From the human T2T-CHM13v2.0 reference genome, Homo sapiens, in assembly GCF_009914755.1 (NCBI RefSeq), contig NC_060927.1: a stretch of 64,000 nucleotides of DNA; one strand, 5' to 3'. Positions 13,655-30,429 of this stretch are shown here, piece after piece. The translations under genes were made by a program, and so were the position numbers. Position 1 is the stretch's first letter. Each line of letters opens with the position of its first letter. The notes beneath the pieces are model-generated. The model worked only from the letters and a program-made list of their open reading frames with translations, was not told the DNA's origin and did not search any database.

Positions 13655-15307
13655 GCTTGTATATGGATATTCAGTCGATTATAACATCAGGACGCAGAAG
13701 AAGCTTTATCTCTCATTAGTTGCTTCTTTAAATCATTGTTTAGCAGAAATGCCTTATATCTCCCAAAGCAATTATTCTGATTTACTCCTCACTGAATATA
13801 CGTCTAGTAACATTAAATAAATATGATATTTACAATAAAGTAGCTCTTGTACAATTACTTGGACCCCAAATATTTGAAGATTATAAAGATAATTACTGTG
13901 CTAAACATTCTACTCTTTATAGTTCCGTTTAATAAGTACATGGCTGATTTTTAAACCTAATGCATTTGCCATTTTCTAGTGGTAATATAAGTTTTAGGCA
14001 TATTAAAAATGTGTATTAGCATGTTCTGTATGTTAAAAAATATACTCTCCTAGAAAAAAAATTATGTTAAACTAATTCTAGTTTAAAATGTATGGAATAA
14101 AGTAAATTTTAGTTCTGAGTAAATACTTCAAAATGTTCACAATGCCAGAAAATTTAGGTGTTGAGGATTATTATTATTGTTTTATTAAATAAACCACCTA
14201 TAAATCAAAAGCTTTATTTTCCAATCTTTTTAAGTGAAGCAATTTCCCACTTATCACATTTGCTTACATTACTTGTACTTCTTAAGATTTATGTAGAAAT
14301 AATTCTAATGAATCTAGAAAACTTCAATTATAGAATGACTGACATACTTGTATTTATGAAACAAACCATTACATTATGTGCATGATTGCTATTTTTGCTA
14401 TGACCTACTTAGATTATATAGTTGCAACTCTGATAGTAAGTTTTAAAGTTTAACACAACATTGAATGTAAAATAATTAAAACACTCATTATCAAAAGATT
14501 GATGGTTATAAATTTGAGTCACTGGCAAACCTACGAAACCTCAACAATCATATTATTTCTGGCAGTGTCTCATTAACTGTAAACATGGATGAAATCAATA
14601 GATTTAATAGAAAAATAGCATGAAGAAACACATTCAGTTATTCTATGTGATTCATAGTAGAAAACTTTCAGATGTATTTTATTACATTTATGCTTACCAC
14701 TACCAATTGAATTTGTAGTGTTGCTATTCTGATAACTGAATTCAACCTTAACATTACAATATTGACTGAACATTGTATAATTTGAACAAAGGTATTGTAG
14801 TATACAAATTTTCTTATCTATAATTGTTCATGTTTATATTTACTTTTTGACAAGTTGACCTTGAAACAAAAGCAGAGCCGAGAGAAAGAGAGAAAGGAAG
14901 AAGAAAAAAAGAAAACCTGCTTCCTTATTTATAGGCATGCTCGATTGAATACCCATATAACCCTATAGTGATAATACAACCTGTTTCTCATTATTAAGAA
15001 TTTCATCCATTGCTTCCATAGGTTTGGATAGTATGCTAAGTTTGGTAGTAGAAAGCGTTCTCCATTTTCCCTACCAGCGATCTTCAAATGATTAACTAAT
15101 AGTCTCACAATGATTTCCAGATGTTTTTCTCAATACAAGGAGTGCCAACTTATCTTCCACACAGGATGATGTGGGAAATGATATTCTCTTGTAGCTGTAA
15201 GATAAAGATCACAGTGGAAAATACTTCCCACCCAGAATCTGAACTTCTAAACATGGGAAAAATTGCTCTTAATACCAGCCTGTTGATAAATTCAATAGAT
15301 AAATTCA

Positions 15308-18235
15308 AGTTCAGGTTTGGTACATAGGCAAACTTGTGTCATGGTGGTTTTTTGTACAGATTATTTTATTTCCCAGTTATTAAGCCTAGTACCCATTAGT
15401 TACTTTTCCTTGTTGTCTACCTCCTTCTAACCTTCACACTCTGAAAGGCCCCATTGTGTGTTATTCCCCTCTATGTGTTCATGTGTTCTCATCATTTAGC
15501 TTCCACTTATAAGTGAGAACATGTGATATTTGGTTTTTCTGTTCCTGTGTTAGTTTGCTAAGGATAATGGTCCCCAGCTCCATCCATGTCCTTGCAAAGG
15601 ACATGATCTTATTCTCTTTTATGACTGCATAGTATTCTATGGTGTGTATTTTCTTTATCCAGTCTATCCTTGGTGGACATTTAGGTTGATTCCATGTCTT
15701 TGTAATTGTGAATAGTGCTGTAATGAACATATGTGTGCATGTGTTTTTATAATAGAATACTTTATATTCCTTTGGGTATATACCCAGGATTGGGATTCTT
15801 GGGTCAAATGTTATTTCTGTCTTTACATCTTTGAGGAATCACCACACCATCTTCCACAATGACTGAACTAATTTACACTCCCCCCAACAGTGTATAAGTG
15901 TTCCTTTTTCTCCACAACCTCACCAGCACCTGCTATTTTTTACTTTTATAATAGCCATTCTGATTGGTGTGAGATGATATCTCATTGAAGTTTTGACTTG
16001 AACTTCTCTAATGATTAATGACGTTGAGCCTTTTTATATGCTTGTTGGCCATGTGTATGTCTTATTTAGAGAAGTGTCTGTTCATGTCCTATGCCCATTT
16101 TCAAATGGTGGTGTTTCTTTTTTGCTTGTGAATTTGTTTAAGTTTGTTATACATTCTGGATAGTAGACTTTTGTCAGATACATAGTTTACAAATATTTTC
16201 TTCCATTCTGTAGGTTGTTTGCTTAGTCTGTTGATATCTTATTTTTCTGTGCAGAAACTCTTTAGTTTAATTAAGCCCCTTTTGTCTATTTTGATTTTGT
16301 TGCTATTGCCTTAGGAGACTTGGTCGTGAAATCTTTGCTAAGGCCTATGTCCAGAATGGCTAAGTTTTCTTCTAGGATTTTTTATAATTTTCTGTCTTAC
16401 ATTTAAATCTTTAATCTATTTTGAGTTATTTTTTGGAGAAAGAAAGGGATCCAGTTGCATTCTAATGCATATAATTAACCAGTTACTCCAGCACTATTTA
16501 TTGGATAGCGAGTCCTTTTCTTCATTGCTTGTTATTACTGAATTTGTCAAAAATCAGATGATTGTAGGAGTGCAGATTTATTTCTGAGTTCTCTTACTTG
16601 TTGGTCTATGTGTCTGTTTTTGTACCAGTATGCTGTTTTGGTTACTGTAGCTCTGTAATACGGCCTGAAGTCAGGTAGCGTGATGCCTTAGGTTTTGTTC
16701 TTTTTGCTTAGGATTGCCTTGGCTATTCAGTCTCTTTTTTGGCTCCAAGTGAATTTTAGAATACTTTTTTCTAATTCTGTGAAAAATGATGTTGACAGTT
16801 TGATAGGGATAACATTGAATTCATAAATTGCTTTGGGAAGTATAGCCATTTTAATAATATTGATTGTTCCTATTCATGAGTATGGAATATTTTTCCCATT
16901 TGTCTGTGTCATCTCTGATTTCTTTCAGCAGCGTTTTGAAATTCTCATTGTAGAGCTCTTTTACCTTTCCAGATAGCTGTGTTCTTAGGTATTTCATTGT
17001 TTTTGTGGCTATTGTGAATGGGGTTGAATTCTTGATTTGGCTCTCAGCTTGGATGTTCTTGGTATATGGAAATGGTTCTTCAAAAGAATTAACAAGATTG
17101 AGAGACCACTAACTAGATTAACAAATATAAAAAGAGAGAAGATCCAAATAAACACAATTAGAAATGGCAAAGGGGTTATTACTACCAACCCCACAGAAAT
17201 ACAAAAACTTTCAGAGACTATTATTAACTCTTCTGTGAACACAAACTAGCAAACCTAGAAGAAATGAAAAAATTCCTGAAACATACAACCTCCTAAGATT
17301 GAACCAGGAATAAATTGAAATACTGAACAGATAAATAATCAGTTCTGAAACTGAATAAGCAGTTAAAAAAACCAACCAGAAAAATCCCTGGAGCAGATGG
17401 ATTCACAGGCAAATTCAACCAGATATAGAATAACTAATACCAATCCTACTAAAACTATTCCAAAAATCGAGGAGGGACTCCTCCCTAACTCATACTATGA
17501 GGCCAGCATCATTCTGATATCCAAACCTAGCAGAGGAACGATAAAAAAGAAAAAGAAAAAGAAAACTTGGCTAGGTGCGGTGGCTCACGCCTGCAATCCC
17601 AGCACTTTGGGAGACTGAGGGGGGTGTATCACCTGAGGTCAGGAGTTTGAGACCAGCCTGGCTAATGTGGTGAAACCCTGTTTCTACTAAAAATACAAAA
17701 ACTAGCCGGGCATGGTGTTGGACACCTGTGATCCCAGCTACTCAGGAGGCTGAGGCGGGAGAATCGCTTGAACCCAGGGGGCGGAGGTTGCAGTAAGCCG
17801 AGATTGGAACATGGCACTCCAGCCTGGGTGACAGAGCGAGACTCCTCCGAAAAAAAGAAAAAAAAACCTTCAACAAACTATGCATTCCTCAAAATAACAA
17901 GAACCATTTATGACAAGCCCATAGGCAACATCATACTGAATGGGCAAAAGCAGAAAGCATTTCCCATGAGAACCAGAACAAGACAAGGATGCCCACTCTC
18001 ACCATTCCTATTTAATAAGATACTCGAAGTCCTAGGCAAAGAAATCAGGCAACAGAAAAAAATAATAGACATCCAAGTATGAAAACAGGAAGTCAAACTA
18101 TCTCTATTTGCCAACTATGTGATTCTATACCTAGAAAAACCCTATAGTCTCTCCCCAAAGGCTCCTAGAACTGATAAATAAATTCAGCAAAGTTTCTGGA
18201 TACAAAATCAATATAAAAAATTGGTAGCATTTCTA
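15308..18235 (-). mobile_element. L1 (L1PA15/16-like) with 5' inversion: minus segment 15308-~17073, plus segment ~17073-18235
   Basis: Minus-strand 3'UTR/ORF2 C-terminus; plus-strand ORF2 from WFFKRINKI to gtagcatttcta, which abuts the point where the minus segment starts. Confidence 0.9.
17569..17866 (+). mobile_element. AluS (Sx/Sz-like) inside the inverted L1 segment
   Basis: Full dimer, cacctgaggtcaggagtttgagacc, A tail. Confidence 0.95.
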
Positions 18236-18487
18236 AATTCTTGACATACTATTAATAAAAGAGAAATTGGGGGTGCTCAACAAAAACATCAGAGGAAAAC
18301 AAATAAATATTTGAAAATAATTTTGATTTTCTCAAAATAAAGAGAAGATTTTGTAATTAAAAGGCCGTGAGAGTTAGGAGAAAAAAATTAAAGGAGGAGG
18401 TAGAAGAAGCAGGCTCCAACTTTGAGAATTTAATCTAATCTCTACAATCCCTTCCAGCTATAAATTATAGCCACTCTTTGTTTAGGC

Positions 18488-18516
18488 TTATTTATTTATT
18501 TATTTATTTATTTATT
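18488..18516. repeat. (TTTA)n microsatellite
   Basis: Directly visible. Confidence 0.9.
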
Positions 18517-19467
18517 GGAATTAAGAAGAGATCATTTCAAAGGGACTCCAAAAATTATATGGTTTAATTTAGTCAGGTTTAATTAGTAATGATAGTCAAA
18601 CCTAATAATTCAAGCCATTGGTAATTCTTTAATTAGTAATGATGATCAAAGCAAATAGTTCAGTTCACTAGTTATTTGAGTCATTGTCAAGTCAAATGTT
18701 CTCTTATTTCTGTATCTTGTAGCTCTTGCTTTCAAACCCTATTGATGTACTGTGGTTGTTGTATCATCAAAGACCTGATGAAAAAAGAGACACAAGCAGG
18801 TAAACAGGCATTTTTCATTTCTCTCCTTAAGAAATTTAGCAGAGGAAATAAGAAAAAGATGAATGAAATCAAAGGTACTCGTTCTCTTTTATAAATGTCT
18901 GAGCTTACTAAAGACCTTGTTTGGACATTTGATAGGAGGAGCAACAACAATGCTCTGTGTGTGCTAGGAAAGGGATGTGAAAGATCAGAGTTAGAGGTCT
19001 GCTTAGGGAATCCCAGAAGGGACTCTTCCACTAAAGAGCCCCAGGGAAGTAGAAATACCTGAAAGGAGATGGCAAGACCCAGACAAACTAGACCCTAAGT
19101 CCAGGGTATCTCAGCCTCACCCAAGATTGTTGTAACTCAAATAACATCACACAGCATCAGATCCAGAGAATCATAAGATTCAGATCATAAGATTCAGTTC
19201 CAGATCCAAAGAATCATAAGATTTCAGAGATCAGATATTTCAGCACTATATCCTAAGGCTAGAGTTATTTCTCCATTGCTTGTCTTTGAGCAAAATCTTG
19301 GGACATGAGCACAACACTGTAGAGTTACTCTGATTATATTTAAAATTCAATAGTTTTGCTTCCATCACAACAAAATTCTTATTCAGAATCAGATTTAGGC
19401 TAATCGTGGAAAATAATAAATCTTTCCACCTCTGAGTTTGATTGGAAGGACTTACCTGTTACATAAG

Positions 19468-19770
19468 TTTTGTTTGTTTGTTTGTTTTGAGCTGGAATCT
19501 CACTCTGGCACCCAAACTGGAATGCAGTGGCACTATCTCGGCTCACAACAACCTCCACCTCCTGGGCTCCAGCGACTCTCCTGCCTCAGCCTCCTGAGTA
19601 GCTGGGATTACAGGCTCCTGCCACCGCGCTCAGCTAATTTTTATATTTTTAGTAGAGACGGGGTTTCACCATGTTGGCCAGGCTGGTCTTGAACTCCTGA
19701 CCTGAGGCGACCCACCCCCCTCGGCCTCCCAAAGTACTGGGGTTACAGGCATAAGCCACCGTGCCTGGCC
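19468..19770 (-). mobile_element. AluS with (TTTG)n tail
   Basis: Reverse-complement Alu dimer ending gtgcctggcc. Confidence 0.95.
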
Positions 19771-20874
19771 CTACACAGGTATTTTTACATAGATGCTTTA
19801 AATACATATTGATGGTTGGTTTTTGTTGTATATTACTTTTATGTCTATAATGTGGCCGCCAAGATTAATGACAATATATTCACTAACATATACGTGTGTT
19901 AATAATTGTGTTTAATTCTGGAGATAGCATAAAATAATCTTTGTAGAGCTCACAGTTAAATGAATTGGTTCCAACTCAAGGACTATCTTCTATCTGTTGA
20001 TGGTGATTCCTGAGCTCTGTGTTGTTGTGAATTCTGGGCCTGTGCCTAGTAATTTTACCAGTACTTAAATTCATGCTAAGTTATTGATTAGTGATTTCTG
20101 TATGGATGGGAAAAGGAACACTAGCAGAATATGTTTTATTATAATTTATTTCCAGGCTAGCAGGTTCATGTTTCAGGTAGGAGGACAAATTATATTTATT
20201 ATCAGTGTCCATCAAAATTCAAGATACGGTATCAAGCTTAGTAAACAGGTTGAAATATCAAATTCAGCATATAAGAACATGTAACTTGGAGCTTGATTTA
20301 TGCATGCCTCAATTTCTTTATTTATAAGTGGGTCATGACAATGTACTAACTGGATAGTATGTGGGTTAAAGGTGATGATAAATTGCTTGTTCAATTCTTG
20401 ATACATAGAAAGTGCTCAATAAATTATTATAATTCTATAAATAATTTGAAGATATATTGCTTTGACCTCCTTTCAGCCCTTTTTCTAAATCAGATGCAAG
20501 TGGTATTAGAAAATATTTGTTAATGTTTTACAAATGCCTCTTCAATATAGGCATATCCTTTATTTAAAAGCCCAAACTGCAACATATTCAGCCATTCAAA
20601 ACAATAATTATCGTAAGCACAGATTAGTAAACTAAGTTAACTGTATGATTAATTTCTTTCTTTTTTGTATTAATTATGTAATTATTTCTTCTGTGTGTAC
20701 ATGTAGCTCAATAGTAGTGCCTATGGTATGAATATTTGATTTCTAAAACGTACAGAAACCTTCTAGTCTTAGAGTTCACCTTCACTTTCCCTATTTTACA
20801 GAAGTTCACTCTTCAGCTCACATACATTGCTTTTTTTGTTGACCTTGTCGATTTATATTAAATACTGTTTTAAG

Positions 20875-20883
20875 TAGCATTTT

Positions 20884-20916
<33 letters not shown>

Positions 20917-20966
20917 CTAAACCTACTTAAACTGCTTATAGGTTTAACTAGCATTTGTGCGTATGT

Positions 20967-21000
<34 letters not shown>

Positions 21001-21030
21001 CTAAACCTACTTAAATTGCTTATAGGTTAA
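20875..21030. repeat. Tandem duplication of a ~75-bp unit containing a (TG)n microsatellite
   Basis: tagcattt-(TG)n-ctaaacctacttaaa(c/t)tgcttataggtt twice. Confidence 0.92.
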
Positions 21031-22293
21031 TCCCTGCTTTAGAACTTCAATTCTTGACATCTCATTTCTGAATTAGTTACTGTCATTTTGTCTGACCTTT
21101 TCAATCTCAGCAGTGTCCTTCCTATAAATACAGCAACAAGAATTAAACACAGTAGTCAGAATGCAGTCTTCCCACAAAGCACTGGTAGAATGACTATAGT
21201 CATTTTGCACTTTGAAGTAAGAATATCAAGTCCTTTTTACTCTATCCTTGACTTGTTTGTTTCCATTTTCTATATGCCTGGAACTAAGAAAGCCCTGTTT
21301 AAAATAAAACCATTTAAAAAGCATTGAAAATATTATGAATAGGGATAAGGGACCCTAATATTCAAGAATAGAAATTAGTTTAAGTTAGTATAAACTTAAT
21401 TTTAAAACTCTCTGTTCCATTGCGCTCACATCATGGTGCTACATCACTGTCCCTCTCCTCATTAATCTCATATACCAAATCTTGTTTATTCCACATCAAT
21501 CAGTGAAAACTTTCACTTTTTTATTAGACCCCCTGTTCACATCTGCTATTGGTAAAATCGGCAACCATCATGAAAACCTATCCATCATCTTTGCCTCTTG
21601 ATTTCCTTATTCCGATGATGTCTCACTTTACTACATCTAATTCACCCACTTCTACAATCATGCTTTTTTATTACCAGAAACTCTACCATCTCTAAAATAA
21701 TTAATTAAAACATTCCATTCTCTGCTGAAAACTCTCTTATGTTTGTTCCAGTACTTGAATCAAATGGTTCTTTAAACTTATTAAGACTTTATTCATTGGT
21801 CTTTTTAAATTCTTTCAATCAATGTGTCACTTTCTTTCAACACTTCCCTCTGTATGCAGGTTAGATTCTATAATTAACCAGTGTAATTATTCCCATACAG
21901 TACTTTAAACTGACTCCTTTCCTTCTGTTTTTCCAACTTGTGAAATAGCCTTTTGGGAATGCAACTGATTTCTGAAGAAAAATCATATATCCAAATAAAT
22001 TAGCATCATCATGAATTCATGATTCATATCTTCAAAATAAAAATCTTTCAAGAATATCATTTCTGTACTAAAATTACCTTCCCACTTTCTGCTATATGTG
22101 TTTCCATTTTCTTTAAAGCCCCCACATTTCATACTTCATTGATAAAATAGAACATATACTCAAACAATTATTTCATAAACTTACCTCCCCCTACAAAGGT
22201 CTTCTCTTTCTTCCTACCTTTCAAAACAGAATAAATTTCCTTTATTGCACAGCTTAATCCCACCATATGCCTTCTTGTCATCTTAGAACCCTA

Positions 22294-23534
22294 TCACAAG
22301 ACAATTCTCCATGGATTTCTTATGTTTCTGCACATGGCAAATAGGGACATTGACACCATTTATTCTCTTTTATCTTTCTAAGATTATTTGTATAGTGAAC
22401 ATCCTTGAAAGATAGAATGGTGTCTGCTTTTGGGGCAGAGGGCAGATATTTTTGCCATCCAGTATAATAAAGATATCTTCCACTGTGACAAAGATTGGGC
22501 AGATTTACTTACTGCCTATTATAAAAGATTCAGGTTTCCTAAGCTAAATTTTCCTCACATGTGAGTTAAACTCATTGCATTCAGGATCAATCTGGGCCAA
22601 CTTTCTTTTTTTTTTTAATTTTTGTATTTTTTTTATTATTATTATACTTTAAGTTTTAGGGTACATGGGCACAACGTGCAGGTTTGTTACATATGTATAC
22701 ATGTGCCATGTTGGTGTGCGGCACCCATTAACTCGTCATTTAGCATTAGGTATATCTCCTAATGCTGTCCCTCCACCCTCCCCCCACCCCACAACAGTCC
22801 CCGGTATGTGATGTTCTCCTTCCTGTGTCCATGTGTTCTCATTGTTCAATTCCCACCTATGAGTGAGAACATGTGGTGTTTGGTTTTTTTTGTCCTTGCG
22901 AAAGTTTGCTGAGAATGATGGTTTCCAGCTTCATCCATGTCCCTACAAAGGACATGAACTCATCATTTTTTATGGCCGCATAGTATTCCATGGTGTATAT
23001 GTGCCATATTTTCTTAATCCAGTCTATCGTTGTTGGACATTTAGGTTGGTTCCAAGTCTTTGCTACTGTGAATAGTGCCGCAATAAACATACGTGTGCAT
23101 GTGTCTTTATAGCAGCATGATTTATAATCCTTTGGGTATATACCCAGTAATGGGATGGCTGGGTCAAATGGTATTTCTAGTTCTAGTTCCCTGAGGAATC
23201 GCCACACTGACTTCCACAATGGTTGAACTAGTTTACAGTCCCACCAAGAGTGTAAAAGTGTTCCTATTTCTCCACATCCTCTCCAGCACCTGTTGTTTCC
23301 TGACTTTTTAATGATTGCCATTCTAACTGGGCCAATTTTCTTAACCCTCTAGAATTTTGTAGGAAAGAGGAATTGACATGAGTCTAAAGTTCAAACTTTC
23401 TGTTCCTGTGTTGTAAAGTCTTGTTTTTCTGATCTAATAGTCTGATATCTTTTCCAGCATCCATGAAACTGTGTCAGGCTAACATGTTGGCTTGCAAGGA
23501 AGTTAAAAATTATAGCCCTTCAATATTCTTGATA
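22294..23534 (+). mobile_element. LTR40-like ERVL LTR interrupted by an L1PA
   Basis: agacaattctccatgg...ccttgaaagataga at start; ccatgaaactgtgtcaggctaac...ttcttgata at end. Confidence 0.75.
22608..23326 (-). mobile_element. 5'-truncated L1PA4-like element
   Basis: ORF2 C-terminus 22857-23321, 3'UTR, poly(T); TSD ctgggccaa(c/t)tttctt at ~22592 and ~23327; TTTCTT/AA endonuclease-type site. Confidence 0.95.
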
Positions 23535-23647
23535 AGTTCTTGCTGTACTTTTCACTATCTTTTTATGACTATTTACCTTCTTTTCCATGAGATCATTTTC
23601 TTATATGTTTAACATGCTCTAGATTCATCTTTAAAATAGTTAAAATA

Positions 23648-25970
<2,323 letters not shown>

Positions 25971-26468
25971 GGGACTTCTAAAAAAATTAAAAAATTAGCC
26001 AAAATAAGACTAAAATCTTCCTTGACAACAAATTTTCTTCCAGCTCTTTTCCTATCTTTCAATTCCTTGTTAAAGATAGACTCTCTCTGTGCACTTCTCA
26101 TGCATTTTTTCTTTCACAACACTGGTTTTGAATTATGCTCCTTTCAGGAAACATCCTGTAAAAATGGTAAGACACATCAATATTGTCTAAATATTGTGGA
26201 AGGCAAAGCCTTATAATTCTACCTCTCCTTGTAGCAATGAACATAGTTTTTAGAACTCCTTCTTTAAAATATTCTGTTTCTTGGCTCTCTTGATGCCATG
26301 CTTTCTTATTTCCCTTGTCTGACTCTTGGTGGTTATTTGCAGACTTCATTACTAAGTTTTCTACTCAATAGGACCTCCACACATCATGTTTTCTTAGGCT
26401 GTAGCCCTAAGTCTCTTTTTTGTCTCACCCTAAAATATGTACATAGATTATCTTTTTTGGTCACATAA

Positions 26469-27046
26469 TGTGATGGTTAATTTTAGGGGTCAAATTGACT
26501 GGATTAAGGGATACCTACATAGCTGAAAAAGCATTATTTCTGGGTACATCTGTGAGGCTATTTCCACAGGAGATTGGCTTGTGAATCAGAGGCCTTCATG
26601 GGAAAGACCCACCTTTAATATGGGAATGGATCCAATCAGCTGGAGCCCCAGATAGAATAAAAAGGCAGAAAAAATCTAAATTTACTCTCTCTGTCTCCCC
26701 TGGAGCTGGGACATCCTTCTACTCCTTTGCTTGGACTTTAGAAATCCAGATTCTCTGGACCTTGGATTCAAGGACATGTACCAGACTTCACAACCCCACC
26801 AGGTTCTCAGGCCCTTGCCCTCAAGCTGAGAGTTACATCATCAGCTTCCCTGGTTCTGAGGTCTTGAGACTTGGAATAAGCCACAATACTGGCTTCCCTC
26901 GTTCTGCAGCTTGTAGACAGTGTATGGCAGGAAATTTCAGCTTTCTTAATTTTTTGAGTCAATTCCCGTAATAAATCACCTCGCATGTATCTATATAGAT
27001 TTATATCCCATTGATTCTATCTTTCTGGAGAATCCTGACTAATACA
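26469..27046 (+). mobile_element. MLT2B-like (HERV-L) solo LTR
   Basis: tgtgatggttaatttta...ctggagaatcctgactaataca; 5-bp TSD cataa/catag. Confidence 0.9.
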
Positions 27047-27095
27047 CATAGCTTTAATTGGCACAGGAAGTCCTCAACATCATCAGAACTACATA

Positions 27096-27245
27096 TAGCA
27101 GGTCCTCAAATAACATAATTTTCTCCAACATCATCATTTCCTTAAACCCTTGATCAGAGAAAAAAAAACGATTTTGTTATACATTGTTTTCCTTAAGGTC
27201 ACAGTTGCCAAGAACTAATCAATGACATTAAGTGAGGACTTACTA
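27096..27245. mobile_element. MER6-type Tigger MITE
   Basis: TIR-like ends agcaggtcctcaaataac / attaagtgaggacttact; TA flanks. Confidence 0.75.
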
Positions 27246-29318
27246 TATTTCTATGTTAAGAAATATCAATGTCTCCCTTGAATTCCAGGCTAATATTTTA
27301 TACTTTTTCTCACGTGCATCAAATAATTGACATGACCTGGCCCACCACTGCTTGGTAACCACCCACCATCATTTTTCACATTTCAGTAAATGACATCGAC
27401 TCAAGCTAACTCACATGTTTGGGAGTTTTCTTTATGCCTCTGTTTGCCTGCTCGTATGCAATGCATTACCAAGCTCATCAGTTTTGCCTAAAAAATGTAT
27501 CACCATCTGTCCATTATCATCCCATCACCATCTTAGTCTATACCGTCATATTTTTGTCTGTTATACTAAATACTGATCTCTTGCTTCTTAATTGGTCTTT
27601 ACACTTGTGATCTAGCTATAATCTTTTCATTCCTTAAAATGTCACAATAATCTGGAAATATAAAAATATAAGTCACATAATCTGTCTTAAAAATGAAGGA
27701 AAAAACTGTAATAAACACCTATTGTGCTTTGGGCAGGGTTGCAAATTATAATCAGATCTGCAGTACCTGATACGATGTGACAATTGCATATCTTTACACC
27801 ATTTCCTTCTAGGCCCTTTTTCTCTTCAGTTAGTGATGACAGCTTATTTAAGTTCTTTGAGATGTACAAACTCCTCTGCTATAGAAGTATTTTGATCTTT
27901 CTTCTTCTCTCTGCCTGAAATGCCCTTAACCTCATTCTTTACTTGGATAAATTCTTGTCCTTAAGATATCAGTTAAATTTCAGTAATAGCATGTTTATTT
28001 TAATTTCTTTCATAGTTCTTAGCACAATTTGCAATTGTATTCTATTTCTGTCTGTTTACTATATTGGTCATCTATTAAATTCTAACTTCAAAGCATGACC
28101 ATTCATTCTTTGTCACCTCTTAAATCTAGAAGAATGCTTGGAACATAGTAGGTACTTAGTATGTTTAATATGTTTTGAAAATAAATGAATACATCTTTAG
28201 AAAGCTCAAGGTGCAAATAGATTTTTAATATTTAGAAGTTTACCATATTGTATTAAAACTAAAATTTTCCCAATTTATTATAATAAGATTTCAATTAACT
28301 TCCTAGGAAATTTTTCATCGATGCCAGCATAGAATGTTACTGAATAGTACCCTCAAAGGTAATTTGGTTTTGCTGAGGTTACTCAATTTTCTTAACTAAA
28401 GTGGTAGAATGATACTAGAATTGATTTTACTGTGTAGACATGGCTCAAGTTGATTACTAAGCAAGTTATATAATACTGTGAATTCCATCTATTCAGAGTT
28501 CAATCTAATCAAGCCACTTTCAACTTTTATTACTCAGTACATGAAGGTGAAATAATATTGTAAACATGGTAGACCAGAGAATCAGATGGAATCCTAGATG
28601 AAATAAATCATAGAAGATACAGAGCAAATAGGATCAGTTAAGATATAGTTCTATTCTGAGGCTCCACATGTCTTTCTTTTTACATAAACACTGAAAGTAA
28701 ACATATATGTATGAAATTTAGTAACTAACATATCATAAATATAAATTTCAAAATGTTTCTGTACTAATTTCTATTAAGGCATTCAAGTTCATATTGAAGT
28801 AAAATATATACATGAAATAAAGACTATATCTTCATTAGAGGATAATTATTTTCTAAATAGAAGAAAATTGATTCCTATTTTTAATTTAAGGAAAAAGGGT
28901 AACTCTTTTCACTACTTAAATGCATTGTTTTGAATTATATATTTTAGTTTTAAATTTTGTATGAATTATATGAAATATCCCAATCATCACTTATTATAAA
29001 TATAAGGAATCAAAATGCAATTTCTAAAACATTTTAGAATATTTCTATACAACTAAGAATCAGGTATGAGATGGCCAATTAAAACTAAGGAGATTTACTT
29101 ACTGTAGCTGTCATTCATCAATAAGAATGGTATTAGGAATAGGAACACTCTTTTGGCTCATGTTTTTGTATTATTTTAAGATTCCTTGTTCTAAGCATAA
29201 GTTGGATTTGAGAATATATTTTTTGGCAGCCAATAAGGATGCTATCAGAGAAACATATAATCTAGTCATTACAAAAGTTTTGGAAAATAAATTGATAGGG
29301 ATTAAAAGTGTAGGTAGA

Positions 29319-29633
29319 TGGATGAGATTGGAGACTATTACTCTAAGTGAAGTAACTCAGGAATGGAAAACCAAACATCGTATGTTCTCACGGATATGTC
29401 GGAGGTAAGCTATGAGGTTGCAAAAGCATAAGAATGATGTAATGGACTTTGGGGACTTGGGAGGAAGAGTGGGAGGAGGGCAAAAGATAGAAGACTACAA
29501 ATAGGGTGCAATGTATACTGCTTTGGTGATGGGTGCACCAACATCTCACAAATCACCACTAAAGAACTTACTCATGCAACCAAATACCACCTGTACCCCA
29601 TTAACTTATGGAAAAATAAAAATGAAAATAAAA
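29319..29633 (+). mobile_element. L1PB1-like 3' fragment
   Basis: MRLETITLSEVTQEWKTKHRMFS and L1PB1 3'UTR; degenerate TSD taaaa...gtaga. Confidence 0.9.
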
Positions 29634-29773
29634 TATATGTAGAAATTGGCTATTGAGTTTTTACTATGTAAAATTTTGGTTTTTATGGATTAAATATAAT
29701 TAAAATGCAATTTTACTTTAAAAAATTAGACCACCACCACCCATCAACTACCAATTCCCCACCCCCCCAACTC

Positions 29774-30064
29774 TTTTTTTGAGACAGGGTCTTGCTCTGT
29801 CACCCATGCTGTAGTGCAGGAGCATGATCATGGCTCACTGCAGCCTCAACCTCCTGGGCTTTAGCGATCCTCCTACCTCAGCCTGAAGAGTAGGTAGGGC
29901 TACAGGTGTATGCCACCAGGCCCAGCTAGTTTTTAAAATGTTTTTGTAGAGACAGGGTCTTGCTATATTGTCCAGGCTGGTCTTGAACTCCTGGGCTTAG
30001 GTAATTCTCCCACTTTGGTCTCCCAAAGTGCTGAGATTACAGGTATGAGCCATGATGCCTGGCC
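29774..30064 (-). mobile_element. AluJ
   Basis: gagacagggtcttgctctgtcacc, tgcagcctcaacctcctgggct diagnostics. Confidence 0.92.
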
Positions 30065-30429
30065 AACCAATTCACTTTTCTTCCTCAAACTAAAGTTGCT
30101 GTTGTTTATAACATGTCCTGACACTATGGCCTATATCGGGACTTGTTCTCAGTTTCCATATCTAAAATCAGACAAAATTCTGGGATCAAATCCATGAATT
30201 GGACATGAGTTGAATAATGTTGAATGAGATGTTGTAGGGAATATAGCAATTGAAGATCTTGTGGTGTGGATACACATCACACACATAGACATACACATGT
30301 GTACACATACACACACACAACAGCATACATATATTAATTCACCATTGGTATTGACAAGTTCTTGATGTGTGGCTTCTCTTCTTCCTTTTTCTGAATAGAA
30401 ATTTTTATTTAACTTACTCTGCCCCCATT

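Noticed and set aside
18723-18799. Possible 77-nt plus-strand exon (pyrimidine tract-AG ... CAG|GTAAAC)
   Set aside because: Moderate donor, no partner exons and no recognisable peptide; expected by chance in 64 kb.
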